Shown in pieces: positions 1-9,648 of a stretch of DNA of 64,000 bases. The notes beneath the pieces are model-generated. The model did no database searches. It was not told where the DNA came from and was given only the letters and a program-made list of their open reading frames with translations. Origin of the DNA: Parachlamydiales bacterium (GTDB lineage: Bacteria; Chlamydiota; Chlamydiia; Chlamydiales; SM23-39). A program made the position numbers and the translations under genes. The stretch's first letter is position 1. Every line of letters starts with the position of its first letter. The DNA is taken from assembly GCA_015661075.1 (NCBI GenBank), contig JACVQJ010000011.1:2257-66256 (forward strand), given 5' to 3'.

Positions 1-56
1 AACTCGTAGCACCCATATTCGCTGGGGTTAAAGAATATTTAATTCTGGGGCTGGGT

Positions 57-404
57 ATGACGATTGTTTTTGTTCTGGTCGCAGATATTTTCTCTCTGAA
101 TACATTAGGTGCCCTATTCGGCTGCTTTCTGGTTAATCTGAGTCTTGTTTTTGTTCTTGCCTTTTTGCTTCGGCATTACCTGCATCATGATCCAAAACCC
201 TACGAGCAAACGACCTATCAGATTGCTTGGCTGAGCGCCTCTCTCTTGAATACTTTGCAATTCTTTCAAGTGTTTGCGCCTCAATCGCCCTCTTTGCTGG
301 CAGCATTCGCAACGATCGTTTTAGTGATCGCTCTCTCTTTTTCGCTTCATCGGCTGATTTACCGCTACAAACAGCAAAGGAATCACATTGCCCATGATGA
401 ATAA
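57..404 (+). CDS. hypothetical small membrane protein
   Basis: 115-aa ORF with several hydrophobic helices. It overlaps the next ORF by 17 nt. No recognisable family. Confidence 0.35.
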   Translation: MTIVFVLVADIFSLNTLGALFGCFLVNLSLVFVLAFLLRHYLHHDPKPYEQTTYQIAWLSASLLNTLQFFQVFAPQSPSLLAAFATIVLVIALSFSLHRLIYRYKQQRNHIAHDE

Positions 405-1644
405 TCGAACAATACCCGATTCTCATCAGAACTTTTGGGAGATCGCCAGCATCCAGGTCGGTTCGATGGGAGTTCCAGGCATGTTTTTTTTGTGGCAAGT
501 GGCCAAAGAATATGGTCCGGGCAACGCCATCGGAGCTAGCTTTATTGGCAATCTCATTCTTTGGGTCATTGGACTTGTCGTCATATCAATGAGTACTCAG
601 AATCGGACCGATGCTATTGCCAACTTTCGACAGCATTTAGGTAAAAGCAGCGCATTGTTCACAGCTATCATTATAATGCTATCATACCAGTTTTGGGCGA
701 GTATTCAGCTCCAATCATCTGTTGATGCCGTAGAAACTGTTCTCAAGATTCATTCGTATGTAATCAATGATAATACCGTTCGTATTGGCGCTGGGATCGG
801 CATATGGGGATCCTTGCTGGCCATCGGTGGTATTCGAATGGTTAAATGGCTGAACGTTATTTGTTTGCCACTGTTATTGAGCGCCCAGATATATCTGCTG
901 GTCACTTCTGATCATTCTCAATTAATCGACGATTTGTGGGGATTTTCACTTCCTGCAATCACCAGCGTTGTCTTGCTAAACATTCAGGTCACTATGTTTC
1001 TTCCAACTTTTTTTCGACATTCGCGTTCGCTAGCTGATTCGTATCTCGCTCTAACGCTCATCGCTATTTTAAATATATTTTTTCAGGTTTCAAGTATTTG
1101 GATAGGATTTGACAATCTTCTACCCAGCTTTCAAAATTCAAATGCTATTTTTTTATTTTTAATTATTGCTTTTATTGTTTTGCTTGCCGTTTGCAATCTT
1201 CTTATTAACATCTATTATGCATCTATTAGTTTGGAAGCGATGATGCCTAATTTTGATGGGTTTAAAGAATATGCTATCATTGGATTGAGCGGCACAGTGA
1301 CTTATCTATTTATACAAGTGCCGCCCCCAATGTTTTTTATGGAAAATTTAGCGACTGATTTCATCGCTATTCTTAGCGTCGCATTGTCAATTACGTATTT
1401 AGTACAAACAGTCGTCAAACGCCGTCCGATTTCTTTCGGCAAACTCGTTGGTAGTGCTTCATGGTTTATTGGTTGTGTCTCTGTCATCATTTTGAACTTT
1501 CAGAATGGTGAATCCAATGCAATGCATTTATATATTTCAATGGGCATCTGTGTATTATTTTTCCTAAGCACGCTGTTCCTAGAAGAAATGCTTTGGGCTC
1601 TGCGAAAATTGTATAAGAAAGAGGCAAAATCTAAGCAATTTTGA
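388..1644 (+). CDS. multi-pass integral membrane protein, putative permease
   Basis: 418-aa ORF, almost entirely hydrophobic helices (10 or more). The layout resembles a nucleobase/cation-symporter-type permease, but no diagnostic motif was recognised. Confidence 0.5.
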   Translation: MPMMNNRTIPDSHQNFWEIASIQVGSMGVPGMFFLWQVAKEYGPGNAIGASFIGNLILWVIGLVVISMSTQNRTDAIANFRQHLGKSSALFTAIIIMLSYQFWASIQLQSSVDAVETVLKIHSYVINDNTVRIGAGIGIWGSLLAIGGIRMVKWLNVICLPLLLSAQIYLLVTSDHSQLIDDLWGFSLPAITSVVLLNIQVTMFLPTFFRHSRSLADSYLALTLIAILNIFFQVSSIWIGFDNLLPSFQNSNAIFLFLIIAFIVLLAVCNLLINIYYASISLEAMMPNFDGFKEYAIIGLSGTVTYLFIQVPPPMFFMENLATDFIAILSVALSITYLVQTVVKRRPISFGKLVGSASWFIGCVSVIILNFQNGESNAMHLYISMGICVLFFLSTLFLEEMLWALRKLYKKEAKSKQF

Positions 1645-2854
1645 ACAAATCCGAGACGTGAAGAAATGAAAGGGTTTTTGGTTTGGCTGTATATACGTGT
1701 TGGATAAAAAACCGGAAAGGGTTTTTCAAAGAAAACCCGTTTTGCTCAGCTTGGTTTTTATAAAATTGAAATTCTTTATTATCCAAAGTGTTGATTAATT
1801 GATCTAATTCAGGATCTGGATATTGGCGATGGTCAGCCGCGGCGGCCAAAATAATATCGGAAACAGAATATAACTCCATCGAGCGCATCCATTCTTCTTC
1901 CGTCAGAGTCTCGTTGAGTATAATTCCCTCGAGGACGATTGATGGTTGGTCGTTTTCGATTTTAGATGCAGGCATTTCGATAAATTGATCAGTCTTGTCA
2001 TTTCCATTGTAAAGGCTTATCTCCCTCGCTATGCTATATTGGCCGCCTTCCTCCTTTTTGAGTACTTTCGCATGAATAATAACAGGAATTTTTTCTTCAA
2101 GCATTCGATTTAAAAGTGATTTATAAGCCCAAAACATCGGAATGCAAGCGCAATTGATATGCCGATTTGTAAACTCGTCTGAAACCATTTTTTGAGTCAG
2201 TAGATCATGATATACTTTCGCGGTTTCTCTCACAAAATGAACAGAAGCGAGTGAGAGCAATTTTCGCATTTTTTTGACTAGATTGGTTGTAAAGTTAGAT
2301 GACACATCGCTAATTTTTTTTAATTTGTTAGGACAGGTCACATTTCTAATCGTCACAGCAATGTTAGAATCTGCTGGGCTTACTTTTGACTCTGTCAGAA
2401 GAAATGATTGAATGAGAAATATCTCCTCAGCTGTCAACGAGACGATCAATTTTTCATTCCGAATAACTTCAGAAAGAGACGCCAGACTGAGCATCAGTGC
2501 TGCAATCTTTTTAGGTTCTAAATATTCTTTTAGAGCTACGAGAGCCTTTAAGATTCGTTGACGAAAGTGACACACATTGACTGTTTTTTTGGATGCAATG
2601 AGTGCAAGCATCACAGCACGGATCTGACAGGCATTTTCACCCACCAAACTATCGAATCGTTCGAGATCTCCCATTTCGAAATGATGGATTGCTTCCAAAG
2701 CTGCGTTCAATAGAAACTGGTACTCTTTCAATCCGGTCTGCAAAGCTTTTGCCCTTTTGGTGGAAGGATCATACGGAAGGAGCTGATGCAAGAACTCGAT
2801 TTTTGGCAGCTCAGTTTGAATCGGACTTTCTTCGGTTTTTAAAGAATTGTTCAT
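1631..2854 (-). CDS. hypothetical protein
   Basis: Uninterrupted 407-aa ORF in an AT-rich region. No recognisable domain. Confidence 0.5.
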   Translation of the reverse strand: MNNSLKTEESPIQTELPKIEFLHQLLPYDPSTKRAKALQTGLKEYQFLLNAALEAIHHFEMGDLERFDSLVGENACQIRAVMLALIASKKTVNVCHFRQRILKALVALKEYLEPKKIAALMLSLASLSEVIRNEKLIVSLTAEEIFLIQSFLLTESKVSPADSNIAVTIRNVTCPNKLKKISDVSSNFTTNLVKKMRKLLSLASVHFVRETAKVYHDLLTQKMVSDEFTNRHINCACIPMFWAYKSLLNRMLEEKIPVIIHAKVLKKEEGGQYSIAREISLYNGNDKTDQFIEMPASKIENDQPSIVLEGIILNETLTEEEWMRSMELYSVSDIILAAAADHRQYPDPELDQLINTLDNKEFQFYKNQAEQNGFSLKNPFRFFIQHVYTAKPKTLSFLHVSDLFKIA

Positions 2855-2867
2855 AAATCACCTTATT

Positions 2868-3080
2868 TTATATTTTTAGTAATTTTCCTGCTACATATCC
2901 TAGCATTAAACCAAAACTTCCTCCGATGAGTCCGCTGAGCGCAAAGCCTACCAATCCTCCGAAGCTCATGAGCGAGCCAAAGCCTAAGATTCTTAAGCAT
3001 TTCAACAGCATTTTTTTGTCATCTATTTTTGTTTTGAAAATAGTTGTGTTTTCTATGATTGATAAATATTTTTTAAACAT
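2868..3080 (-). CDS. small glycine-zipper membrane protein (hypothetical)
   Basis: 70-aa ORF lying 13 nt upstream of the 407-aa ORF on the same strand. The C-terminus GFGSLMSFGGLVGFALSGLIGGSFGLMLGYVAG is a GxxxG-rich transmembrane segment. Confidence 0.35.
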   Translation of the reverse strand: MFKKYLSIIENTTIFKTKIDDKKMLLKCLRILGFGSLMSFGGLVGFALSGLIGGSFGLMLGYVAGKLLKI

Positions 3081-3270
3081 ACTTTACCTTCCTATTAGTT
3101 GGTATTAAACAATACAATTATAATTATAATTATAATAAAAGTCTATCTAAATGTGGTGTTTGGTGGTGTTTGGTGTAAGATATTTATTTAATTGTGTAAT
3201 GTTGGTCGTAACTGGCTGGTAAAGATGTGGATCGCTCGAAGCCGGTGCCCGCTTTTGTGAAACTCAGGGC

Positions 3271-4737
3271 TTAAACGATCCCGTAGCTTGGATGACTGGT
3301 TGTGGAGGGATCGCTCACGGGAGCGCCGATTCTGGCTAGAAGTTCGGCGTGAGAGCTTGCAAAGTTCGCGAGCTCTCTTGAGGGGCATTCCTGGATCAGG
3401 CGCAGCGTTTCCGACATGTCTTTGATTACTTGGAAAATGGCTTTTTCCCGATCCGTTCCTTTTTTCAGAGAATCGGCGACCATTCCATCCATTCCGTCGA
3501 GAGTCGAAGTAAAAAAGAGGGAAAAATAAGCCGCGCAGATCATGGTCGGAAATAAGACGTGTGTCACCTTGTCCGAATTGTAGAAATCGCGCCAGATGAC
3601 GTAATTGGGTCCCAAGGCTGCGATGTTCATCAAGAGCCCTAACGCCATCCAGGCAGCGGATGTTCCCGGTCGTTGCTGCCAGCTGAGATTTTGTGTTTTT
3701 CCCCCAACGGCCCAACTTCCGCAAACATTGAAGATGCGCTTTGTGGTTTGTAGAATCGACAATCCAACCAGCTGAATCGTGCAAACGAACGTCAGCGCGG
3801 CGAATAATCCAGCCACCAGGTCGTTGCTATAGCCCTGTTTCCCGATTTCGACAAATGTGTATTGTGCTCCGCTATATTGAAGAGTGATTGCTAGAATAGT
3901 CCCAAGACCCAGCCCGGCATAGTTAAACGCCTTTTTCACGTTTTCTCTCATGGGGCTGAGCAAAGGCGTTGCGTTGGGCTGTGTCAATACAATGAGTTTT
4001 TCTTCGAGAGAATGGGCGGCGTTGGTTTTTTGGATGAAAGCATTTTTATCATCGTCGCTCATATTGATGAATGCGGCTCTACAAGCACCCAAAAGATCAC
4101 TCAGCTTCTCTCGGGTTTTTCTTACAGCCGCTTCTTGTGTTCTACAAAGACTATCAATGGAAAGTTGGATAGAGCGCAGAGGAAGAAGGCATCCTGTGAT
4201 TCCCAAAATGATACCGGCGGCCAGCTTATATTGTGGATCATTGTATTTCATGGTAGCCAGAACATGGGGAACCTGAGCTAATAACGCGATAAAAAAAGCC
4301 GTTGTCACCGAAGCCGCGGTTCTGCAAAGAGGATTGTTGGCAGCGCTCAGAATTAAATCTTGCTCTTCCCGCGTTTTCGCGCCCCACAGGGAGTGAATGA
4401 TCCCTTTTGCCGTCCACAAATCCAGAACCATAAAGGTCGCGCTATTTCCCAATGCACAAACAGGGCCCCAAATTTTTCCCAAAGGCATCGAAACGGGGAT
4501 AAAGGCAATATCTGCTAAAATGGTCGCCACAATGACCAGGACATTCGAACTGCGCCTGGAGGCGCGTTTACAGCCGTCGTCTTCCAGAGGGTTGTCGTCG
4601 TAGACCGCTGACAATGCTTTTTCAAGGTAACGTCCCGACCCGGGAGCTTCGGCAAGTAAATAATTAATACTCATAAACAGTGCGTTTGAGTTTTTTTTTG
4701 TTCTATTATAATAACAGTTATTGCTGTTTAAAGTCAA
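3271..4737 (-). CDS. hypothetical multi-pass membrane protein
   Basis: 488-aa ORF with many hydrophobic helices. The start is uncertain; an alternative is the Met at MSINYLL. No family recognised. Confidence 0.5.
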   Translation of the reverse strand: MTLNSNNCYYNRTKKNSNALFMSINYLLAEAPGSGRYLEKALSAVYDDNPLEDDGCKRASRRSSNVLVIVATILADIAFIPVSMPLGKIWGPVCALGNSATFMVLDLWTAKGIIHSLWGAKTREEQDLILSAANNPLCRTAASVTTAFFIALLAQVPHVLATMKYNDPQYKLAAGIILGITGCLLPLRSIQLSIDSLCRTQEAAVRKTREKLSDLLGACRAAFINMSDDDKNAFIQKTNAAHSLEEKLIVLTQPNATPLLSPMRENVKKAFNYAGLGLGTILAITLQYSGAQYTFVEIGKQGYSNDLVAGLFAALTFVCTIQLVGLSILQTTKRIFNVCGSWAVGGKTQNLSWQQRPGTSAAWMALGLLMNIAALGPNYVIWRDFYNSDKVTHVLFPTMICAAYFSLFFTSTLDGMDGMVADSLKKGTDREKAIFQVIKDMSETLRLIQECPSRELANFASSHAELLARIGAPVSDPSTTSHPSYGIV

Positions 4738-4776
4738 ATTATCGTCAAAACTTAGCGGAACTATGTAACTGGCTCA

Positions 4777-5040
4777 CTAGTATATCTTTCGAACATCTAG
4801 TTCGAGACTCAATAATTTCAAAACAACGACACATGGATTTCCAGACGAAAAAATGGCGGCTGTTTCTTTTGATATAATGTCAAAGACACGTGAATGTTCT
4901 CCAACGATTTGAGTGCTGATTGAATTTGTATTAATTTCCAGTTCTTTATATGTGTTTAATCGTGTGATAAATTCTTTTATGAGAAGGATGTGATTTTCGG
5001 TCAGGGGGTATAGACTCAGTTCTGCTGTAATACGCTTCAT
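4777..5040 (-). CDS. MTH1187/YkoF-like (UPF0045) small protein
   Basis: 87 aa. The N-terminal pattern AELSLYPL, then a helix, then TNSISTQIVGE resembles the ferredoxin-like thiamine-binding MTH1187 family. Recognised by eye only. Confidence 0.4.
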   Translation of the reverse strand: MKRITAELSLYPLTENHILLIKEFITRLNTYKELEINTNSISTQIVGEHSRVFDIISKETAAIFSSGNPCVVVLKLLSLELDVRKIY

Positions 5041-5287
5041 AATTGATCCTTAAACGTTTATGGTTCATTAGCTCTGCCAGGATGATCAGTAGGGAATGAA
5101 ATTATGCCGCTTGATCCACTGCCAGCAAGAGCCGTTCCGTCGGGCTACTCCCGGTATGTTTTCCTGTAAACTCCGGCTCAACAGGACAAACAAATATAAT
5201 CGCTTCACCTGTCCAAATCCAGCAAGTTCTTCTTCAAAATGCAGCTGTAGAAAAATCTTGTAGACGAAACGATTGCCTGTATGATAT

Positions 5288-6145
5288 GTGCTCTTGCCTT
5301 TCATAACAATGTTGGCAAAAATCATGATGACCTGGCAAGAAATTATCCAATGTTATCCTATCAAGTACTACAATCAAATTGCCAAGGCTTCTCAACCTCT
5401 ACAAAACTATTTTGACATTACATGCTTGGATTATTTAAAAATTTACAATGATGGTAGGTTTGTTTATTTAACTAACCGTCCCGATTGTGCTGAATATTAC
5501 GCTTCCGAACAGCTTTTTCGAATAGATCCTTATTTCAGACATCCAGATACTCATCAGGCTGGTTTTTTTTGGTTGAGAATAAATAGTTCAGACGATTTTA
5601 AAAATTATACTTGTAAGATAAGTCGTCAGTTTAACATCCATTCCCCGTTGGTGTTTTCAGAAAAGGGATCAAATTATGTTGAAATATTCTGCTTTTCCGG
5701 TGAGAAAGAGGAAACGCTTCATATTCTATATCTCAAACATTCGAAATTGTTAAGGCTTTTTGCCACGCATTACAAAAAAGAGTTATGTTTGCTTCTTAAC
5801 AAGATGGAAGAAGAATCGTTTTCTCTCGTCGACTTGCAAGGCAAAGCTTTCTACGCCGGTCTTGATCAATCACCGGCAATAAATACGGAATCACTTCACG
5901 CCTATCTCATTGCATTAGGAAAAAAAGAAGAAATTAAAAAAGCTGCGTCATTATCTCAGCGCGAACGTGATTGTCTCAGGCTTCTAATCCGTGGGAATTC
6001 TGCCAAAGACTCTGCGCTCGAACTGCATCATTCTCCGAGGACAGTCGAATTCTACCTCGAAAATGTCAAGAATAAGCTCGGCTGCAGCAATAAACATGAA
6101 CTGTTCGTTATCGCTGGCGATTTTGAAAACTTGGGCCTTCTTTAG
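5288..6145 (+). CDS. LuxR-family transcriptional regulator
   Basis: C-terminal LuxR/GerE helix-turn-helix: SQRERDCLRLLIRGNSAKDSALELHHSPRTVEFYLENVKNKLGCSNKHELFVIA. The N-terminal domain is unassigned. The start is uncertain among several Met codons between 5288 and 5327. Confidence 0.7.
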   Translation: MLLPFITMLAKIMMTWQEIIQCYPIKYYNQIAKASQPLQNYFDITCLDYLKIYNDGRFVYLTNRPDCAEYYASEQLFRIDPYFRHPDTHQAGFFWLRINSSDDFKNYTCKISRQFNIHSPLVFSEKGSNYVEIFCFSGEKEETLHILYLKHSKLLRLFATHYKKELCLLLNKMEEESFSLVDLQGKAFYAGLDQSPAINTESLHAYLIALGKKEEIKKAASLSQRERDCLRLLIRGNSAKDSALELHHSPRTVEFYLENVKNKLGCSNKHELFVIAGDFENLGLL

Positions 6146-7382
6146 TGGGGCTCTTGGAGAATGGCATCCAAAGATAGATAAAAGAAAGAACGAATATTAC
6201 AAATGGAAAAATACAGCAAATTGCAATTGAATGAAATCTTTCAAAAACAATTAAGCATATTGGGACTGTGCTTCCCCCAAAAACAGACATCGCGATGGCT
6301 GAGCTGATAAATATTCCTCTGCAGCGTTCCTGGACTTCAAAGTGATGCAGCATCCAGCTATGAATTGGGCCTATGACGAGGCTGGCAAAAACGGTTAATA
6401 TCATCTGAAGCGTCAGAAAATTGCGGCAAAAATAACATAATGGAAAGATGCTTATGGAAAGCAATCCCGCGCCGATCAAAATCACTTTGGCCACCCCGAA
6501 CCGATTCGCTATGCATCCGGCAGCGGCTAAAAACAGGCCGTACGCCATCAGCGATTTAAATGTGTCAAATCCGCTTGATTGATCGCCATATGCCAGAGGG
6601 AGAAAAATAAATATAAATGAACAAAGAACATAAAATTGACCCAGGATGAGAACGGCGCCAAGAATTTCGGGCCATTTGGTTTTGATCAGGGTAACGATGC
6701 CAATCGATTGTAGAGATTCCTGCGGAATGGCGGCAAACGCCGGAGTTTCTCGACAATGAGTTTTTAAGATATAGCTAATCAGCCCGCCGCAAGCGCCTAC
6801 AAAAAAACAGGCCTTTATGCAGAGTTCATTCTTCATTAATAGCGATAGAGCGGCTAACCCATTGGCCGCGACGATTCCAAATACGGCGAATAAACAGCTG
6901 ATTCCACTCATCAGCCCGCTTTTTTGCACTTTTGAATGTTCGAGTGAAAAAACAATGGATCCATAGTACTCACCCCCTGAAAAGAAATATTGAAAGCAAA
7001 TACATAGAAAGAACAAAACCCATGCTTGTTCTCCTAACAGATGCACGGGTATTAGACCCATCATTCCAGTAGCTATCGCTAATCCCAAAGTTGAATAGAT
7101 GCAGGTCTTGTTTCTTCCCCGTTTATCCCCCATCAAACCAAAGTAAGTCGCTCCTAACGGATAAAAAAGACTCGAACCGGCAAAAATCAGACAATACGAA
7201 AAAAAAACAGCACTCCACACTGTCTCTTGTTGAAACAGAACTTTCGCCAGAAAAGGAGCTGTAAAAGTGTAGATAGCCATATTGTAAGCCTCCGATAGGC
7301 TAGCAATCCAGCCTATCCAAACTTCTTTTGGCAATGTCGGTCGAGTAGCTTCTTCACCGATTGAAATTTTGAATGAAGTCAT
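6108..7382 (-). CDS. MFS transporter (metabolite:H+ symporter-like)
   Basis: 12-TM-type hydrophobic profile with an MFS loop motif GDKRGRNK. I prefer the ATG at 7382 (MTSFKISIG, preceded by AGGGG). The longest ORF would start at 7514. Confidence 0.7.
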   Translation of the reverse strand: MTSFKISIGEEATRPTLPKEVWIGWIASLSEAYNMAIYTFTAPFLAKVLFQQETVWSAVFFSYCLIFAGSSLFYPLGATYFGLMGDKRGRNKTCIYSTLGLAIATGMMGLIPVHLLGEQAWVLFFLCICFQYFFSGGEYYGSIVFSLEHSKVQKSGLMSGISCLFAVFGIVAANGLAALSLLMKNELCIKACFFVGACGGLISYILKTHCRETPAFAAIPQESLQSIGIVTLIKTKWPEILGAVLILGQFYVLCSFIFIFLPLAYGDQSSGFDTFKSLMAYGLFLAAAGCIANRFGVAKVILIGAGLLSISIFPLCYFCRNFLTLQMILTVFASLVIGPIHSWMLHHFEVQERCRGIFISSAIAMSVFGGSTVPICLIVFERFHSIAICCIFPFVIFVLSFIYLWMPFSKSPTKEGPSFQNRQR

Positions 7383-7485
7383 CGTTACCCCTAAAATTTG
7401 GCTACCGTAATCAATACGGTAATCGCTTTTCCAGGAATCATCCATGATTGCAGCTTTTAAAACGATCACCTGGATCCAGTAATTT

Positions 7486-7929
7486 ATGAACGATTTGGGC
7501 CTTATTCGGGTCATTAACCTTCTACACCAATGTTCCGGGAATTCGATTAGTGATTATTCCGACTCGACTCCAGCAATGATTTTCCAGGCCAAGATGCTCG
7601 CGCATCAGGTTTTAGGGAAAGGCTTAGAGATTCTTTCTCCCGAGGCCAGGATTCTTTTGCTCCTGATCGAACAAAGAGTGATGGCTGCTTGTCGATATTT
7701 AAAGATCGAACGTTCCAACTTTCGGTTCAGCAGAAAAGCGTTGAGAAGTGAGATTGGGTGGGATGATGCGCATCTAAATCCATGCTTGCAACAGTTCCTG
7801 AATGCGAATTATCTGCGTTTGGATGTACAAGGAACTTCCTTCGCTTTCGAGCTACTCTACGATAGCGAGTGCAGCAGACGATTCGATTATGTGATGGAAT
7901 TTACTGGCCCTAAAAAAAGACAAGAGTAA
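7486..7929 (+). CDS. hypothetical protein
   Basis: 147-aa ORF with no recognisable motif. It may be a remnant of a larger gene. Confidence 0.3.
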   Translation: MNDLGLIRVINLLHQCSGNSISDYSDSTPAMIFQAKMLAHQVLGKGLEILSPEARILLLLIEQRVMAACRYLKIERSNFRFSRKALRSEIGWDDAHLNPCLQQFLNANYLRLDVQGTSFAFELLYDSECSRRFDYVMEFTGPKKRQE

Positions 7930-8049
7930 CTATTCCCTTGCCAGCATACCAGAAATTATTCACTTATAATTCGATCATTTAATTGAGTTTGTTGCTATAA
8001 AATATTTGTCTTTCAAAAAATAAAGAAAATAGTCTATTCTCCTTGAGCG

Positions 8050-9432
8050 ATGAAACATTCCATTCCCAAAATTGCCATCGTCGGACGCCCCAATGTGGGC
8101 AAGTCGGCTCTATTCAATCGCCTGTGCTCTCAGAGGCTCTCGATCGTCGATGAGGAAGAGGGTATTACGCGCGACCGCCTCTATGCCGAGGCCGACTTCT
8201 TCGGTCAAAAATTTTGTTTAATCGACACGGGCGGGATCGACCCAGGTGCCAAGCTCCCGTTTAATGAGCTTGTCCTTCGGCAATCGGAGATGGCCATCGC
8301 CGAGGCGGACGCTGCTGTTCTGGTCGTGGATAGCCAAGTGGGGCCCACCCTGATCGATCATGAGGTAGCGAAGCTCTTGCTGCATTCCGGCAAGCCCGTG
8401 ATTGTCGCCGTCAACAAAATCGATGACCGATTGGATGAGGGGCAGATCCACCAGTTTCATTCGCTCTCTTTTCAGCGCATTCTGGCCGTCTCCGCCGTCC
8501 AGGGCTTCCGGATCGCCGAGCTGATGGAAGAGATCTGCTCGCTATTTCCCGTTGAATCGGAAGAAGCGCCGGCTGAAATTTCCACGCCCCCGTTTCAAGG
8601 CATTCGCGTGGCCATTGCCGGGCGTCCCAATGTCGGGAAATCCACACTATTGAACCGCTTGCTCGGCCAGGACCGCGCCATTGTCAGCCCGATCGCCGGC
8701 ACGACGCGCGATGCGATCGATCACCCCCTGACGGTCGATGGACAGGACTATTTGCTCATCGATACGGCTGGCATCCGCCGCAAGTGCCGCGAACACGCGA
8801 CCGTAGATAAATTCGCCGCCATCCGCACGAAAGAAGCCATTGAGCGCTCGGACGTGGTTTTGCTCATTCTCGATGCCCGTGAGGGACTGACGACGCAGGA
8901 AAAACACATTGCCAGCGATATCGAAGAGCTCGGCAAAAGCTGCGTTCTGATTTTTAACAAATGGGATCTGGTCGAGGGGTTCCGCATGGAGCACGTCTTG
9001 CGCGCCGTCCGCGAGCAAGTCCCGTTTTTGGCCCATTGCCCGGCTCTTTTTCTCTCCGCTTTTCAGGGCCGCAATACCGAGAAAATCCTGCCCAGCGTGC
9101 GCGAAGTGTACACCGACAGGTACCAGCGCATCACAACGGGCATATTGAATAAATTCATCGAAAAATGCGTGCAAAAGTACCATCCGCCCATGATCACGGG
9201 TAAACGGCTGCGCATTTATTACATGACGCAGGTGCAGATCGCGCCGCCGCGATTCGTCTTCTTTGTCAATCGCCCCGAATTGATGACGCCTCACTATCTC
9301 AAATATCTCACCAACCAATTCCGCGAGGCTTTTCGCTTCTCGGGCTGCCCGCTCTTTTTCGATATGCGCGGCAAACGGGAAGAAGCCTACATGGTGGATC
9401 GCTCGGCTGTGGAGCCCATTTCAGTTTCTTAA
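8050..9432 (+). CDS. der: ribosome-associated GTPase Der (EngA)
   Basis: Two tandem GTPase domains, each with a P-loop (GRPNVGKSALFNRL and GRPNVGKSTLLNRL), plus DTGG/DTAG and NKID/NKWD motifs and a KH-like C-terminus. Confidence 0.95.
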   Translation: MKHSIPKIAIVGRPNVGKSALFNRLCSQRLSIVDEEEGITRDRLYAEADFFGQKFCLIDTGGIDPGAKLPFNELVLRQSEMAIAEADAAVLVVDSQVGPTLIDHEVAKLLLHSGKPVIVAVNKIDDRLDEGQIHQFHSLSFQRILAVSAVQGFRIAELMEEICSLFPVESEEAPAEISTPPFQGIRVAIAGRPNVGKSTLLNRLLGQDRAIVSPIAGTTRDAIDHPLTVDGQDYLLIDTAGIRRKCREHATVDKFAAIRTKEAIERSDVVLLILDAREGLTTQEKHIASDIEELGKSCVLIFNKWDLVEGFRMEHVLRAVREQVPFLAHCPALFLSAFQGRNTEKILPSVREVYTDRYQRITTGILNKFIEKCVQKYHPPMITGKRLRIYYMTQVQIAPPRFVFFVNRPELMTPHYLKYLTNQFREAFRFSGCPLFFDMRGKREEAYMVDRSAVEPISVS

Positions 9433-9469
9433 GACAAAAAATGCCCTCGGTCGAGTATAAGTACTGTTA

Positions 9470-9635
9470 GGAGCTGATCAACGATAAAGTAAACCATTTG
9501 GCTAGCGTGAAAGCTCTCTAGGGTCAACGATCGTAAGTGGGCTAGTATTAATAAAGCAATACAAGCCTACTTACGATCGTTGACCCTAGTGGCTTTGACG
9601 CAGCCAAATGGTTTACTTTATCGTTGATCAGCTCC
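9470..9635. repeat. MITE-like nested palindrome, copy A (166 bp), flanked by a TTA duplication
   Basis: Perfect 35-bp inverted repeat (9469-9503 against 9602-9636). Inner perfect 21-bp inverted repeat (9518-9538 against 9569-9589) containing CAACGATCGT. TTA is present at 9467-9469 and 9636-9638. It sits in the der-sulP spacer. Confidence 0.65.
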
Positions 9636-9648
9636 TTAAGCGGCGCCT

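Noticed and set aside
3117-3175. A short (ATTATA)n microsatellite at 3117-3137 and a tandem 10-mer GTGGTGTTTG x2.3 at 3153-3175.
   Set aside because: These are tiny low-complexity repeats in an AT-rich spacer. Nothing suggests a function beyond possible slippage-prone DNA.
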